From positions 57,288,001 to 57,352,000 of the forward strand of contig NC_043001.1 in NCBI RefSeq assembly GCF_006345805.1: a stretch of 64,000 bases of DNA, read 5' to 3'. The position numbers and the translations under genes were made by a program. Of this stretch, positions 48,330 through 63,422 are shown in pieces. A model generated the notes under the pieces. It was not told the DNA's origin and did no database searches. It was given only the letters and a program-made list of their open reading frames with translations. Numbering within the stretch: position 1 is the first letter of the stretch; each line of letters begins with the position of its first letter. Origin of the DNA: Octopus sinensis. Lineage: Eukaryota.

Positions 48330-49230
48330 CAAGTATATATCTGTATATGCATGTATTATAGTATTGATATTCGGCAGGAAAGCAAAGTTGTCGAGAGATC
48401 AAAAGAAATGGATAAGAAAAAAACATATTTCTGTCAACAACACTTAAAGAGAAATGTTGCAATGTGAAGTGATGTACGTGCGTACGTATTAACGTACGTA
48501 TGCATCTATGTGTATATGTATGTTTGCATATATGTATGTATGCCTGTATATATGTATGTATCATTTCTTTTATTAATGTATGTATGCGTGCATGCTTGTA
48601 TACATGTATGTTTATGTATTTACATGGGCAAATCTGATTATGTGTATGAATATTAATATATTTGCACGTGCGTGTGTGTGTGTGTGTGTGTGAACGTGTG
48701 TATCGGAGTATGTGTTTACGTTTGATTTGTGAATTGGGAGGTGGCCAAGTGGTCTGTTATTGCTTTGTAGTGCAACAGGTTGGTGTAAAACATATGCCTT
48801 TTTTATTTCTCTTTGTGAATGTGTGTGTGTATAGATACAGGTACGCGTATACACGTATAGATATATATGTATATATCCGCCTATCTGTATGTATACACAC
48901 ATGTATAGATATATTTGTATGTAAATCATTAAAGCAAGCATGTGTGAGTAAAGTCAATGTGCGTGTGTTTGTGTGTTTGTGTGTGTGTGTGTGTTTGTGT
49001 GTGCGTGTGTGTGTATGAATGTGCGTCTCTACAATGAAATTCACTGAGATACACGAACAAGTAAACACTAACGTACAACACATAACTCTACGGATATAGA
49101 GACACATTGACTCCATAGAACCAGCCAATACAGACAAATACAGAAGCACACTATAAGCAGACACAGAGTCATAGGCATACACATAAACACACGCATGCAC
49201 ACATGCACACACGAACACACACACATGCAC
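47990..49230. repeat. Large TA/TG/CA microsatellite-rich block
   Basis: Directly visible. Confidence 0.9.
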
Positions 49231-49788
49231 ACATTTATAAACAAATATGCCATTCAGTTACAACATGTAGTATTAAACAAAAAGTCAACATGATATTTTT
49301 CAATGGACAGAAATGTGAGAAATGTAAACAGAAGACGAACATACCGACTGTAATGGAGAATATTATTTTGAATTCTCACAGACATTGCTGTCTATAGTGT
49401 AAACAAACTATTTAAGCACCTGTCAGCCCTCACTTCACAGCCTCTTTCCGACCTTGTTGTACAAGTTTCCGCCATTGCTATAATCTCAAACTTCACAAGA
49501 TAATCAAGCAACTTCCATGAGCTCTTTTCAGCCTACAAGAAATATCAGACAGTTCTACTTAGAAGAGAATGACATTTTAATGAATAAATGGTAAAAAGTG
49601 TGGAATAATACATAGACTCCTGGATACATTATTTCTACAACCAATACATTATGATCACACGTTGACCATGTTTTGATCAAAGAGTCGATGATTCAGACTT
49701 GATTTGGTGCTAAACCATAACAAATACAACAGCAACACATCAACTACTGCCACCAGTTACACTACTGGTGCTGCTGGCAACACTCATA

Positions 49789-49885
<97 letters not shown>

Positions 49886-50334
49886 CCTGCACCATCATTA
49901 TATCTTCTTCACCTGACCATGTCGCGTCAGCACAGCCATACGCAAGTACAAGATCGCTTGGCCTCTTTCGAGATAGCAACAAATTCTTCTTCGAATCAGT
50001 TCTTACGATTTATGCCTACAAGAATACAATTGCCTATTGAAGTCGTAAAATGAGATGTGCCGACTAAAATTCCCTGCTTGTATGTTTACCCTTAGGGGAC
50101 TGTTAACTTCCATCACGTCCTCTCTACTAACGTCATAACCGTACCATCACTAACATCTTTGGGATCATCATCTTCATAGCTAACATAACCTTCACCATGA
50201 CCATCACCACCACCACCATCATCACTTATTTAGTAAACACTGTTACCGCTAACATCTTCCTCAAAATTATCGTTTTCATCATCACCAATATCATAGCAAA
50301 AAGTAGCGCATTTCTTTTAGATTTTGTCTTCAAA

Positions 50335-50680
50335 TTTTGTTTTCAGTAATGAGACTGCAGCTACTCTGGGGCACGCGTTGATGGAGTTTTAGCCAGGCGA
50401 ATCGATTCTAGCACGTATAATGTCGGTTTGTTTTGCTGAACTGCTATGTAATGGGAATAAAAGCACATCAACACCGGTTGCTAAGCAGTGGTGTGAGACA
50501 AAGACACACACACACACACACACACATGCACACATATAATTACGACGGGTTCTTTTTCTTTCTGCCTGCTAAATTCACTCAAAAGAATTTAATTCGGCCC
50601 GAGGCTATAGTAGAAAACACTTGAGCAAGACGCCACGCAGCAGGATAGAACCGGGAACCATGTTGTTGAGAAGCATACCA
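50335..50680 (-). mobile_element. Diverged SINE family B
   Basis: TCGGCCCGAGGCTATAGTAGAA..GAACCGGGAACCATG, internal (CA)n. Confidence 0.75.
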
Positions 50681-50724
50681 TTAATATTGAATTAATAACA
50701 AGAACTCACAGAACAATACGCCTG

Positions 50725-50988
50725 TCTTTCGCACAGCACCTCGTCAAGGGTTCCAGTTGATCCGATCAACGGTACAGACATCTCGTGAAATTAACGTGCA
50801 AGTAGTTGAGCACTCCACAGACACGGGTACTCTTAACATAGATCTGGGAGGTCCAGTGTGACAGCAGTGTGGATTGGAGCTACGTGAAATAAAATGTCTT
50901 GCTGAAGGATGCAACGCATCACCGTGATCGAAATCAAGACCTTACGATCGTGAGTCGAATACCCTAACCACTAAGCCACGCTCCTTCC
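50725..50988 (-). mobile_element. SINE family E
   Basis: GTGAAATTAACGTGC..GAGCACTCCACAGA..CCTTACGATCGTGAG..CTAACCACTAAGCCACG. Confidence 0.8.
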
Positions 50989-51292
50989 CTACTTTTTGCA
51001 CTAACTGTCTCAAATAACTTCAAACCCTGACTCATAGAATGCAACATTGAAAATTCAAAAAGAAATTGAAAGGACTTATTAGTTAGTATAACCTTAAGTG
51101 GAGTCTCTAAAATTTTAATAGAGGTCTGGACGTGTAGGCGTGGCGGTTGGCATTTAATACCAGGCGAGTTCATCGATTTCCAAGAGTAAACATAACCGAT
51201 ATCCCCCAGTGACGATGTGTGTGTGAGACACAAAAGAGAGAAAGATAATGAAAGAGAGACAAATGTAGAATTTAATCCAATATTTAATTAAT

Positions 51293-51702
51293 AGGCTCTG
51301 GCGTGGCTGTGTGGTAGGAAGTTTGCCTACCAATATGGTTCCGAGTTCAGAATTCACTCTGGTTTCTTCTACAATAAATTCGGGCCGACCAAAGCCTTGT
51401 GAGTGGATTTGGTAAGCGGAACGTGAAAGACGCCCGTGTACACACAGACACAGACACACACACACACACACAACACACACACACACAAACACACATTTAT
51501 GCATGTCTTTGTATCTGTGTTTGTGTTTCACAACCGCTTGACAACCGGTGTTTGTGTGTTTACGTCTCCGTACCCTAGCGATTCAGGAAAAGAGAACGAT
51601 AGAAAGAATACCAGGCCTACAAAATAGTAAAAGGGTTGATTCAACATTGCCCCAACATTGCCACAGTCTAATGATGGAAACAAGTAAAAGATAAAAGAAA
51701 AT
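51293..51702 (+). mobile_element. SINE family B
   Basis: GGCGTGGCTGTGTGGTAGGAAG..GGGCCGACCAAAGCCTTGTGAGTGGATTTGG..GAAACAAGTAAAAGA. Confidence 0.85.
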
Positions 51703-54229
51703 CGCAATGGAAAGCATGAAAAACAAAGTTGGTCTCGCAACAGGGTTTCACGTGAGAACAATGACCCAAAAGTGTCCTACCCGATGTTTCTGATGGCTAA
51801 ACGAATCAAACACAGCATAAAACTCCTGAAATGTTGGGATGGCCACGGCTGTAATCTGATCAGAGGCGGACGGAAATACACACACGTGAATAACAATATA
51901 ACGAATCTACTCCCACCAGTAATACAGCAATTATGTAACCAGGGACATAACTACCATCGTTGTTGGTATCACTATTAGCAATTATAATTATGATCAGCAT
52001 CTACCCTAACCATTATCAGGACAACTACCAGCACCATCAACATCACTATCAATAAAATTACCATCACTAGAAAACCCCATTTTCTAATATCACTTATTGC
52101 TTCTTGATTACCCCTATGCCTATGGCAAAACAAAATGCTTTGATGATAATTATTTACGGATCTTTACATTATGTGTTCAACTTTGCATTTCATCCGTCTG
52201 GATTCGATAAATGAATTATCAGTTAGATAGAGGTTTGATTATAATCGAGGAAACCCATCTCTTCAGATTGTTGGCCTTGTCTTTATATTAGAAACAATTA
52301 TTACCTTCATATTCCTCACATGTGCCCTTTCCAATAACAATATCACTATAGTCTCCTCTATCATTATAATACTACTGTCACCATCACTATCACTGTTGTT
52401 ATAGTAAGCACAACAACGATCATCTGCACTTACAGCTGTTTCAATTTTATACGCGTTTATGGATTCATTATAGCAGACTGAATCTGTTTGCTATAAAACA
52501 TCCAAGAGTATATTTTTATCCCCAGAAGATATTATTACTCATGTCGTATAAATATAAATTTAATATCTGCTTAATATTTACTGACTATTAATTGAAAAAG
52601 CTGTAAGTGACGTCGATTAATTTGCTGTTAATAATAAACAATTATTAATTCCCCAATCTCTGTTTTCTTTTTCTTCTTTTACATGTATATAAACTATATG
52701 CTTATATATATATATATATATATATATCTATATATATACGTATTATTTTAAGAAAACTAATTACACCAAAATTCTAGATACTGAACCAGTATTTCGTTGG
52801 ACGAAATCATCCCTTAATGATGTCAACACAACCTCTAATCGAATATAAAAATAATATATATAATGTTGGAAACAAAGATGGACAAGATTAGAAATCATGT
52901 AATCAAAAGGCTGCTCAATCAAAATTGAATCAAATACCACCATAACCACCAGTACCACCGCCACTACAACTAAGTATTAGCACCAAATTCATCACTATCA
53001 TCGTCTCAAGTACGCCACCATCATAATTACTTTCATAACTACAATAGTCAATAGCAGTAAATTCCCGAAGGTTATAACTGTGTCTCATTTTATCTAATAA
53101 ATATTGTTCTGGAAAAGCATTGCATATATATGTATGTATATATAATTGTTACGGTTATGTTGGGGCATGACTGATAATAGATTGATGAAGACGATGCAGA
53201 TGATGACTGTTATCGCAGAGGTGATTTTGGTGAAATAGTAGTGGTGGTTTTCTTCGTGGTTATGATGATAATAATGACGATGGTGGTCGTATTGATGATA
53301 TACATGATAGTGTTGACTATGACAGTGGTAGTGCAAATGATAGTCAAAGTAGTGATGCGAAGTATTGTTGCGGTAAGGGTAATGATGGTGAAGAGAGTGA
53401 CGGTAGCTATAACAACGGTTTTGTTACGATAGGAGCAAGCTGTGTCCTAAGTAGACTGTGTTGTGTCATTGATAAGATAAAATGGGAAACAACTGAAATA
53501 CAAAAATCCTAGCATTGTTCTTTTTCTCTGTTTTTAATAACGTGGTCTGGATGAAAGTAAAATGTCCATGAAGTTTGTACATTTTCTGATGTCGGTGATG
53601 TTGATGTAGGTGGTTTCCTTAAGCAACTGAAAAGATCTGCCGATGTCTATACTCCATGCTGACAGTGGCGGGCGCCGTAAGGAGAGGGAGAAACAAGTGT
53701 TGGTCTCACCTGCGCAGGTGTTGTTCTCGTAGTCAATAAGTTGTTAATGTATAGGAGTGTGAATTTGGGGAGAAAAGTTAATTTTTCGAACATTAGCTCA
53801 GCCCAAGGGTTGGATAATGCTCAATAATGTTCCAACAGTAATCATTCAGTCCCATTCTTATTAAAAATAGGTATATCATATTCTACATTACCGAGTAGTA
53901 CTGATTTTCTATAAGACTGTAGGATATGACATTGATTGCGATCTAGCTGTTACTTCTAGCATATCACGTGATTTTGCAGAGGTTCCAGTTGTCATAGCAA
54001 GCAACGAAATTTGAATAATGTGAGACTTTTCAATGCGATGTTCGCTTAAGGCTGCGATTCAAGCCAACATTTGTTATATTTCTACATGAGCAGTTTCAAC
54101 TGATGCATTGAAACAAATTTAATTATTGCCTTTGCTACAGTGTCGAGGCTGGAGTATTGCCAGCTTGCAGCTTTCCACCTTTGTGTAGTTGTTGTTACTG
54201 CATTTCTTGGTAATGCTACTGCTCCGAAA

Positions 54230-54250
54230 ACAACAACAACAACAACAACA

Positions 54251-54318
<68 letters not shown>

Positions 54319-54320
54319 CT
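54230..54320. repeat. (ACA)n(CTA)n trinucleotide array
   Basis: Directly visible. Confidence 0.95.
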
Positions 54321-55397
54321 TTTCTTCTTCTGCTGCTGCTGTTGCTGTAGTTGTTGATGAAGATGGCTGCGGTGGTGGTGGTAGTAACGTTTGTATTGCA
54401 ATGGCTATTGGTTTTACTTTACTGAAAAACATTTGCCATAAAATTGCCAACAGAGCACTTAATAATTATAGGTTAAAGGGTGATGCACTGGAAGCTATAT
54501 ATACGAAAATAATCTCTTAATTAATTGCAGAATTGAGAAAAGAAAACAAATACCTAGCGGCAATTGTTAGCGACCTTCAAAGATAGATTAAACATGAATC
54601 TCTCAAAGTTAATTTACATTCTTTAGGGTGATACTGATCTAGATAATTATATCTCTATGTTCTATTGACTACAGCAGAAAACAAAAACGACGTGCGACAA
54701 TGCGTGGTTAAACTACAAAGGACACGACGCGAAACTAATTGTTCACCGTACCTGCTTTGCATTAACGTCCAGAGCGGAGAGCCGTCGTGTCTAGAATTAT
54801 AAAAGAAGGACGATAGTGCTCTGGATGCATTAGACCTTAAATAAATAAATAAATAAATAAATGCTTGAATTGATAGGGCTGTAAGAGCTGGCAGAGTTTT
54901 GAACATAAGTCTGCTTAATCGTTGTAGTTCTGGCGAAGAATAGCAACAACGTTATAATCGCTACTTATCCACATAACAAAGTCAAGAATAGTTGCTAGAG
55001 CCAATGATTGTGTTTTCTAATACACTAATCAGAGTCGTGCTCTGACTACTGCATTCATTCCCAGACTTGAAGTATGCAAAACATCATTCAAAATGTACTT
55101 GTTTCCAGATGATCTACGTATCGCCTGGTGAAAAAGAGGATTCCCCGAGGGTGTGAGACAGCTGTTATTTATAGCAGATTTAGCAAGTTCAACGATCAGA
55201 GAATGTTGATTGAGTATGTCAGCTGATGTCATTAGCTAGATCACAGCATGGTTCCATAATTCCGAGGATACGTAGTTGGTTACATTTGAAGTATTTGTTG
55301 AAATAGGGAATGAAATAAGGAATGCTCATAAAAGTTACACAACAAACCAAAGTCATCATTTTTGAAACATCTTGGCACTACGCCAGCAATCATGACT

Positions 55398-55572
55398 GGA
55401 AGGAAAATGGATAACATCGACTCGTGCTGAAATACGACTTATCTTAACGATCCCGAACATCTGAACGGCAAAGTCTACCTTAACGGAATTTTAACTGAGA
55501 ACATAGAGACGGATAAACTTCTGCCAAGCAGTGCATCCGGTATAGCAATGATTATGTCAACCCAACACCTTA
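55398..55572 (-). mobile_element. Highly diverged SINE family A
   Basis: ACATCGAC..GGCAAAGTCTACC..GGAATTTTAACTGAGAAC. Confidence 0.6.
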
Positions 55573-55676
55573 ACCAAAGCCATAATAATACTTGAGCCAA
55601 ATATTTACTCTCTAAAAGGAAAAAAAAAACAAGATTAATGTTTTCCTTTCATTTAAATATTCAGACATAAGCCCAG

Positions 55677-55995
55677 AAGTGACCTGTGTGGAAAGTGATT
55701 GATTCTTAACCACAGTCTTTATGGTTCAGTTCCATTACGTAGCACCTTGTGCCGATATCTTCTATTATGGCTTCGGGCTGACCAAAGCCTTATGAGTGAA
55801 TACTGCGGAAAGAACTAGAAAGAAGTCCATCGTATATATTCATGTGTTGGTGTGTGTGCCATTGTGGTTGTCACCCCACCGCCACAACCCCTTCAAATGT
55901 GGCACTTGTAGCTTAGCGATTTGGCATAAGAGGCGGATAGTATAAGTACCAGTAGTAAGTACTAGGGTCGATACATTCGACTAAGTAGTCTTCAG
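55677..55995 (+). mobile_element. Diverged SINE family B
   Basis: TGTGTGG..GGTTCAGTTCCA..GACCAAAGCCTT..ATAAGTACC..GGGTCGAT. Confidence 0.7.
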
Positions 55996-57509
55996 TCCTA
56001 AGCAATATCACAAATTTTGTCTCAAATCTCCTAACACGAACTCATACATTAATACTCCTTTTTTTCGCACTAACTGTTTGAAATAACTTCAAAACCTTGC
56101 TCGTTTCATAGTTTACATATTTCTGAGAACATATTATTTGTTGTCAAATAATCGCTCATATGACCTTCCTTCGTTTATCGTAGTTGCCACTAGGAATCGA
56201 AAATTTAGCCTCTATTGTTTAGCAATTTTGAATCAGTGTCATAGAATGCAATGGGGTGGGTCGTTCAGTTTATCCTCTCCCATTTAATGAATCATCGGTC
56301 TATTTGTATCCCATTATTAGTAATGCACAGATTCTTAACTTTCAGCTCCATCACTTTAACAAACGAAGCGAATTGCTTGGAAAGCGCTGTTTATTTTTCA
56401 TAAAATTTCCATAAAATTACAAAGAGGTAATATCTTGTTGCCATCCTATACGTACTTTTCACACGACACCATGATATTGGATGGTTACAAGCAAGTTTAC
56501 CACACCTACATCAGCACTCAGAACATACGAAACGCAAGAGAGACAGTGTGGTCTAGCGCTCATATATTTCTACCATTCCACCCACAGTAATGGCACTCAT
56601 ATTATATCGACTTCGGAAGTATGAAATCAAACTTGACATCAGCAAGAGTTGTTACGAATACAAACAAAATGAAAATATGTCACAATGCATTTTGTAAGTC
56701 ACTCCAACTGTCTTCTAAAATACAGCTACCAGTGTTTGATACTACGACCAACTATCCCTAAATAGCTAATGTTGTAATATTCCACCTAATTAACTGTAAA
56801 TAATTAATACTGTAAATAGTAATCAATATCAACTGATTGCTATAATAAAGACAGCGTCTTAAATTCGTGAGTTTGGTAGGTCGATTTGAATAACTTTGAT
56901 TGTAAATAACTAATTTTGCTCAGTTGAAGGTCTGAGTCTGAAATTTTGCGACGATGGTATTATTGTTGTCGATTAATTTCAGCCGGACTGTGTTCGCGTA
57001 GACGTAAGCAAGGCAATAAATTCAGGAGCATCAATTATTATTTTCTATAATTGACCTCTGGTATACGCAACAACTGCTGTAACCGGCCTTATTCTAGAGC
57101 CAAAATGAACGAAGGACGGCAGGAAATATATCTGGAAGTAATAGAAGAACAGAAATTTTGCAGTCTTCGTGGAGAGTGTATGTGTAGTAAGGATGCGTGG
57201 AATACTGCAAAATGATCGTTGGGGCAGAATTATTAAACTGGCGAAAATGTTAGACAGTCAGAAAGTGACAATAAAAAGGAAATGCCGAATAAACGCGTCG
57301 TGTGTGTGTATGTGCGTTTGTATGTGTGTGTTTGTGTGTGCATCTGTGTGTGTGCGTGTTTGTATGTCATCTACGCATGGATATGTATATGTATAATTTG
57401 TGTATTCTGGGCATAGATGTTGCGACGTTTACGTTTATACATTCTTTACAGATTGTTTTTAATGAACTATTATTTACTTCTGAAACTGGGTATCGGAGAA
57501 GTGGTATAA

Positions 57510-57950
57510 CTCAATGGTAGTGACAAAGTTGTGTTGGAATGTGTTGCTCTGGTATAGAGGCAGATGGGAGGATCCTAAAGGAGGTCTCAAAGCAGTCACT
57601 AAATCTATCAACTAGTCTCTGCTCACTTTTGCTTATATATGGATGCATAGGAAGAATATAATGGAACAAAAGTGCGTAAGGAATGGATAGATGCGCTAAG
57701 TGGAAGCTCGATGGGGTTGAAGGCAAATCGAGAGGTTGTGAAACGCAGAGTTGATCGATTACAGCATCTGCCAGGATGTGATGTGAATGTGAGGAGTTGC
57801 AGACCAGTAAGTCACACAGACGGCACGGGAGTTTGAGCAGCGAAGAAGTGGCGGAACGGAATGGAGGATTTGGGAGTGTAGATGATATAATATGGCGGGG
57901 CACGAAGTGAAGCGACTGTATTATGAGGCGGATTACGAGTGTCATTGACT
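57510..57950 (-). mobile_element. Penelope-like (Neptune-type) linker plus GIY-YIG fragment
   Basis: ORF 57511-57945: LPNPPFRS..LPCRLC..PYISKSEQRLVDRFSD (cf. YIGETGRRLGDRFREH)..EQHIPTQL. Confidence 0.5.
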
Positions 57951-59499
57951 TCTACTCGTACACTCACCAAGTTACAAAAAGTATAAATTGTATATAATGA
58001 TCTAACAAATTGCGGGAGGTCTCTCAGATTAAAGTATATTACAACATCATTTATTCATTCTAAAGTAATAATAAAAATACATTAATAATTACTTAAAATT
58101 AACAATATCATTATTAGCTTTAACTTTGCAAAGGGCCCATACTGCATGCCTGGCAATGAGATAATATCTGACAATTTACGGAATTAAAAATAGGTGATGA
58201 TTTTATAGTAACATGTAATCCAATGAATCAATTCTATTTTGGAAAAATCTAAGCATCAGAATTTGCACAATGTCCAACCCATGAATACAGATTGACATAT
58301 GAAAACAATATAGCCAATAAATGGTAGCGGATTGAATGGTGACAGAGTGAGACGTATAAAAGACGAATGAAGGCTTTTCTAAACATTTTACACATCAGCC
58401 GTATTTTTTGACATAAAATTGAATATAAACACAAAAAGTATCGTCTGAATTATACCGTACAGGTTCTTGGACTGAACACTGGAAAATTGATCATGTTCAG
58501 AGTTAAGAAGACATTTAAAGAATAGATGATATTTGTAGGTGATTTAAAGTATAGGTAATTTTTGTAATAGACACACTGTCAACAAAGCATCTAATCTGAT
58601 GACATAGGAGTACACTATATATAGTATCTATAGTTAAATCAAGATATTGAGTGGAGAACATATTGGAATCTTAGTTCAGAAGACCATTGTGATATATTTT
58701 TTTTTTAGTAAAATTTAATCAACCACCCTCATATAGATATGAATAAATGTTTATATACGATGTTATGAATTACAAGGTTTGTATCTAATTTATTTAATAC
58801 TTTAGAAACATTTGGAAAGTAGATTCATTTAATGGAAAAGTATATATTGTGCAGGAAACTCAACTGTGTTATTTTGCAATAAATAATTTTCCTATTGCAT
58901 CAGGTAAAGCCGGTCATATGATTTCATCTGCAGAACTCTATCTCAACTGCAAATCCCATTTATGCAGAAAAGTAACTGTGCTATAGAGACAAATATGTCA
59001 AGATATTATGTAATACAGTATACATACATTGTGCATATATGTCTATTATACAGAACGTTTTCACTATGCCGCGAACAGAAAGAAAGAGATGACACAACGA
59101 TATGAAAAATAGAATATGTCCACATACGAAGAATTTTTTTCTACAGTATCTTAATTCCGCTGAGAAACTGGAAAGATAAAGGAAAGAAGAAAGAAGTAAA
59201 AGTGTATTCTAAGCTCTAAGTGGATTGGACCAAGTTTTATTGCACTCCTCTATTAACTTTCTCCTACAAGATTAAAGTTGCCAAGTTGAAGGATAAAAGG
59301 TAATTTTAGGGATATTATTATATTAGATTACTTGATAATTATTGTAATTATTTCAATTATGTGATATTACCAAAGTTTCTTTTCAAACAGCTACGGGCCC
59401 TGCAGCGATCCATCTCTTACATTGCATATAACGTTTGATGCAACTGCTCCATTCTACACACAGTCTTTATTCTTTATTCTGAAGATCAACTCTTTGAAG

Positions 59500-60050
59500 A
59501 TGCACACACACGCACACACACACTCACATACACACACGTACGCACACACGCATACACGCACGCATATAAGCATGCAAAGAGGGAAAGAGAGAGAGAGAGA
59601 AATATATATACACATACACACACAGAGAAACATACACACATACACATATGTATCTATAAAATATATGAGTGCGTTTGACCATATATGTAGGTATATATCT
59701 GGAAGAAGAGTGTGCGGATTCCTGAGAGCTATTAAAGATATGCTTAGAACATATAGATACTTGAATTCACTCAGAATAACATGTATAAATATATATTATA
59801 GAAATACTCATAAATACAAGCATATATTCCTAAATGTAGGTAACCGTGTGCGTCTACACACACGCATACACACATGTCCACACATATATAAATATAGATA
59901 TAAATAGATAAATTTGTGTGCGTGTATATATGTATATATATATATATATGCATTCTACATAAAAACACATAAACATATGTGTGTATGTGTGTGTGCGTAG
60001 GTGTGTGTGCGTGTGTATATGTATGTATCTATGTATATGCAAATATATAA
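59500..60050. repeat. CA/TA/TG microsatellite-rich block
   Basis: Directly visible. Confidence 0.85.
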
Positions 60051-62799
60051 TTCATGTGCATTTGAAAATTTCATTGGCATATCTTAGTAATAACAAAAGT
60101 GATAGCTCTAAATATACGTCGAGAATACTTACAAACAACACCGGTTCTTGAAAGAATCTGTAAATTAAGGTCATTTCACGACCAGCGAGACGTCTGGTCG
60201 GAAACTCAGTGGCGTTTAGAAAAATATTTTTTTATTTATATATGTTTACTTGTTGTATGATGAGACTGTATTTTATTGTAAATATTCCTTGCAGGAATTT
60301 TGACCATCAGTAATTTGCTTCCATAGCCAACAAGAAAACATTTATTGTATTTCGTCCAAAACTAACATTCTCTAATCTTTCAAGAAAGCTTTTTAATTGT
60401 AGAATCGATAATAACTGTTTTGAAATAGTCTGTGACAAAACTGAAATACTGCTAAGAACAAAAGTTTAGTTGAATTTGTCGTGTCAGGTAAGGAAAGAAA
60501 CATCGTAGATAATGATCTTAAAAACAGAATAACTAATGCTGGGATTTTTGCCAAGTTGGACAGAAAATGATTTTGAAAATCCTAGATAATATCTCATATA
60601 ATTTTGGCTTTAACCAATGAGGGGAACATGTTTTGGTTTTCTTCCTCTTCATTTTTACCTTTTTATCTTTTTTGTCTCGGTTTTGATTTTGTAAAAGTCA
60701 GAATAGGATTTGGAAACATTTCAGACATTTATTTATATCCAAATTTACTTGCTTGCTTCAATCTTTGTTTGTTTATTAATTTTCTTGTTCAATATGTTGT
60801 CAATGTATTCATTTATTTATTTATACATTGACTCTGATTTAAATATCTACTTTATTGCATTCAAGAATATATCACTTGGCACTGGTTGATTAATTTGTAA
60901 TGTGAAAGTCATTGGTGGTGGAGGTGCAGAACAGAGAATATGATTCAGAAAGTTAGGATAATTTTCTGCTGATCGGACTTGAGCAACGTGAATTATTTGT
61001 CAGGATCACGAAACAACGATATATGTAGGAAACCCCAAATCGTAACCTCTAACCAATGGATCTTTCACACACACACACACACACACATTCACACTCACAC
61101 ACACACACACACACTCACATACACACACACACACACGCACGTACGCACACACACACGTATATTATTCATATTTGTATTAGTCCTTTACATTTAGTTAGAA
61201 ATACTAGCGTTCCTATATCTACAGTGTATTATTGGATTACCTAACTATATTCTTATATACTAAAAATAAAGGACTAATAATTTAATATGTAAGAAAGAAA
61301 AAAAATATAAAAAAGGATAATACTCGAGAACATTCTCTTCTATGATATAGCAAGCTCGAGAGAAATGTTAAACAGTTTTAATTTTTACAACATGTCCATT
61401 ATGCTCTAAAAGCAATTGTTTTGCTTCCTCGCAATATATTGTAAAGTGTTGCTGAAACACACCGATGTCATGTATATAACTAGCTTTCTATCAATTTTTC
61501 ATAAGGATTTTTCTGCTTAAACAAGTTATCCTATTGTGAAGTTGAAAAATAGGATTGATAAATTATTTGCTGTTGTGTTATATGTCATATTAAGGCTTGA
61601 CGCTCTTTAACATTTCATCATTTATACTGTGCAGTATCTGTGTCCATGGATGTGTTAAATATTTTAGCATAGTTTTAAACAAATTCAGGATACCCTTACG
61701 TTGTAGGGGCAGTTGCTGGTAGACCACTACAATGTAAGCACTATAAAGTCAAAGTCTGGTGTTCGAAATCCGGATAACTCAATATGCAATACTTAACACC
61801 ACAACAACTTCCCTATTGGTCTTACTTGGCCTTTTTGTTAAACACGAATCCCTGCTCTAATTAGAACCTCTCGGCATTTAACAACGTACGATAGAATTCT
61901 ATTCAATGACGCTTTCATTAATGTCGGGCAGTTATTATCAAGAGTAGATATCGTCAGCTAAGACTTCCATGAAATATGTCTATTTACCGTACGCATTATT
62001 GTAGTAGGTTTAACAGTGCTGCTGTTGTTTAGTCCTAAATGAATAAATAAGCTACCTAATATTCTCTCGCCGTGATCATTATGATTGAATATTAGTCTCT
62101 GTGATGATGAATGGATCATTCTTTAAAGAAATCGATTGGATTTGATCTTCGTGAGATTTTGCTGTTTTTCAAGCAGGTTAACATCACGTTGATTTTAAAT
62201 AGATTCAATTATATCATTATGTGATAAGCATTACTAAGTGTTTTACTCCTATTGAGCGTTTCTCAGAAGATGTACTGAATCTATATTTGACAGGATCACG
62301 AAACTAAGATATTCTATAGGGTCTCTTGAGAACATACACAACAAATTTATCTATAGAGGATTTCATTTTACGATCTGCGAGCGGGGAGATTAATATCTCA
62401 TCTAAAGAGATGCACCACATATAAACACAACCAGTTCATCAATCTAATCAAAAAGCATTGTAAATCAGGGAACTAGAAATATTCTGCGCTGGCAAAATGT
62501 AATAGAAATAATATAAAACTAGAATAGCTTTCATGCATCCATGTAGAGTTTTTAATGAACGACACTCTACACAAATAAACAGATAAATAAATCGGAAAGG
62601 AGTCTCTAAGTAGTGTCTCGGCATATAAGAAGAAGCTCCCACACATTCGTACAATGTTACATTGGTTTCTTTCACATTGTTTTCTGAAATAAAAACGATG
62701 AGATAGTCACTGCTGTAACACTTTTGACAAGAAGTTCTCTCTAACAGGATACGTTAGGGAATAAACAACAAAATAAGTTATATTGTTTAACATTTTCCC

Positions 62800-63000
62800 C
62801 AGATATGAAGTCCGTTGCCGCACAAAGGATATCGAATTCGTCTATAGGTTCTGGGACCAACTTCCGTCGAAGTCGACTTCGCTTTTCGTCATCTCGGTGT
62901 TTATAAAATAACTACCAGTTGAGGAGCGATGTCGATAACATAAACTTAACCCTCTCACAAAATTGCTGGCCTTAACCAAAAATAGGAAACCATTATTATT
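62800..63000 (+). mobile_element. Diverged SINE family A
   Basis: GTCGACTTCGCTTTTC..ACTACCAGTTG..CAAAATTGCTGGCCTT. Confidence 0.65.
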
Positions 63001-63006
63001 ATTATG

Positions 63007-63281
63007 GAGTGAGAGAATAGTGCATACCATGAAAATGACACTGGTGTATAAATAACCGAGGCCTAGTATAGCCATTAAGACTACCCCCGCTACTTCTGCT
63101 CGTAATTAGAGAATATACATGTCGTCAGCCACTAAGGGACACACTGGTTAAGGTTAAACAACTGACAAGCAAATCTGTGGTATTGAGCAGAATATTTACT
63201 GCAGTCCATCTTTTATACCAAGACAAAACATGTACATTATAACAAACCCAATCAACTAAGATCAGAAGCCATGAGATTCAC
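63007..63281 (-). mobile_element. Internally deleted family C element
   Basis: GAGTGAGAG..GACACTGG end joined to CTACTTCTGCTCG..GATCAGAAGCCATGAG; AAT-type runs on both sides. Confidence 0.8.
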
Positions 63282-63308
63282 TTATTAGTATTGGTGTTGT
63301 TGTTGTTG

Positions 63309-63374
<66 letters not shown>

Positions 63375-63382
63375 TATTATTA

Positions 63383-63420
<38 letters not shown>

Positions 63421-63422
<2 letters not shown>

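Noticed and set aside
53540-53760. Minus-strand open stretch with CAG|GTGAGA donor and nearby acceptor
   Set aside because: The implied intron is only about 51 nt, the other splice partners are missing, and the peptide is unrecognised.
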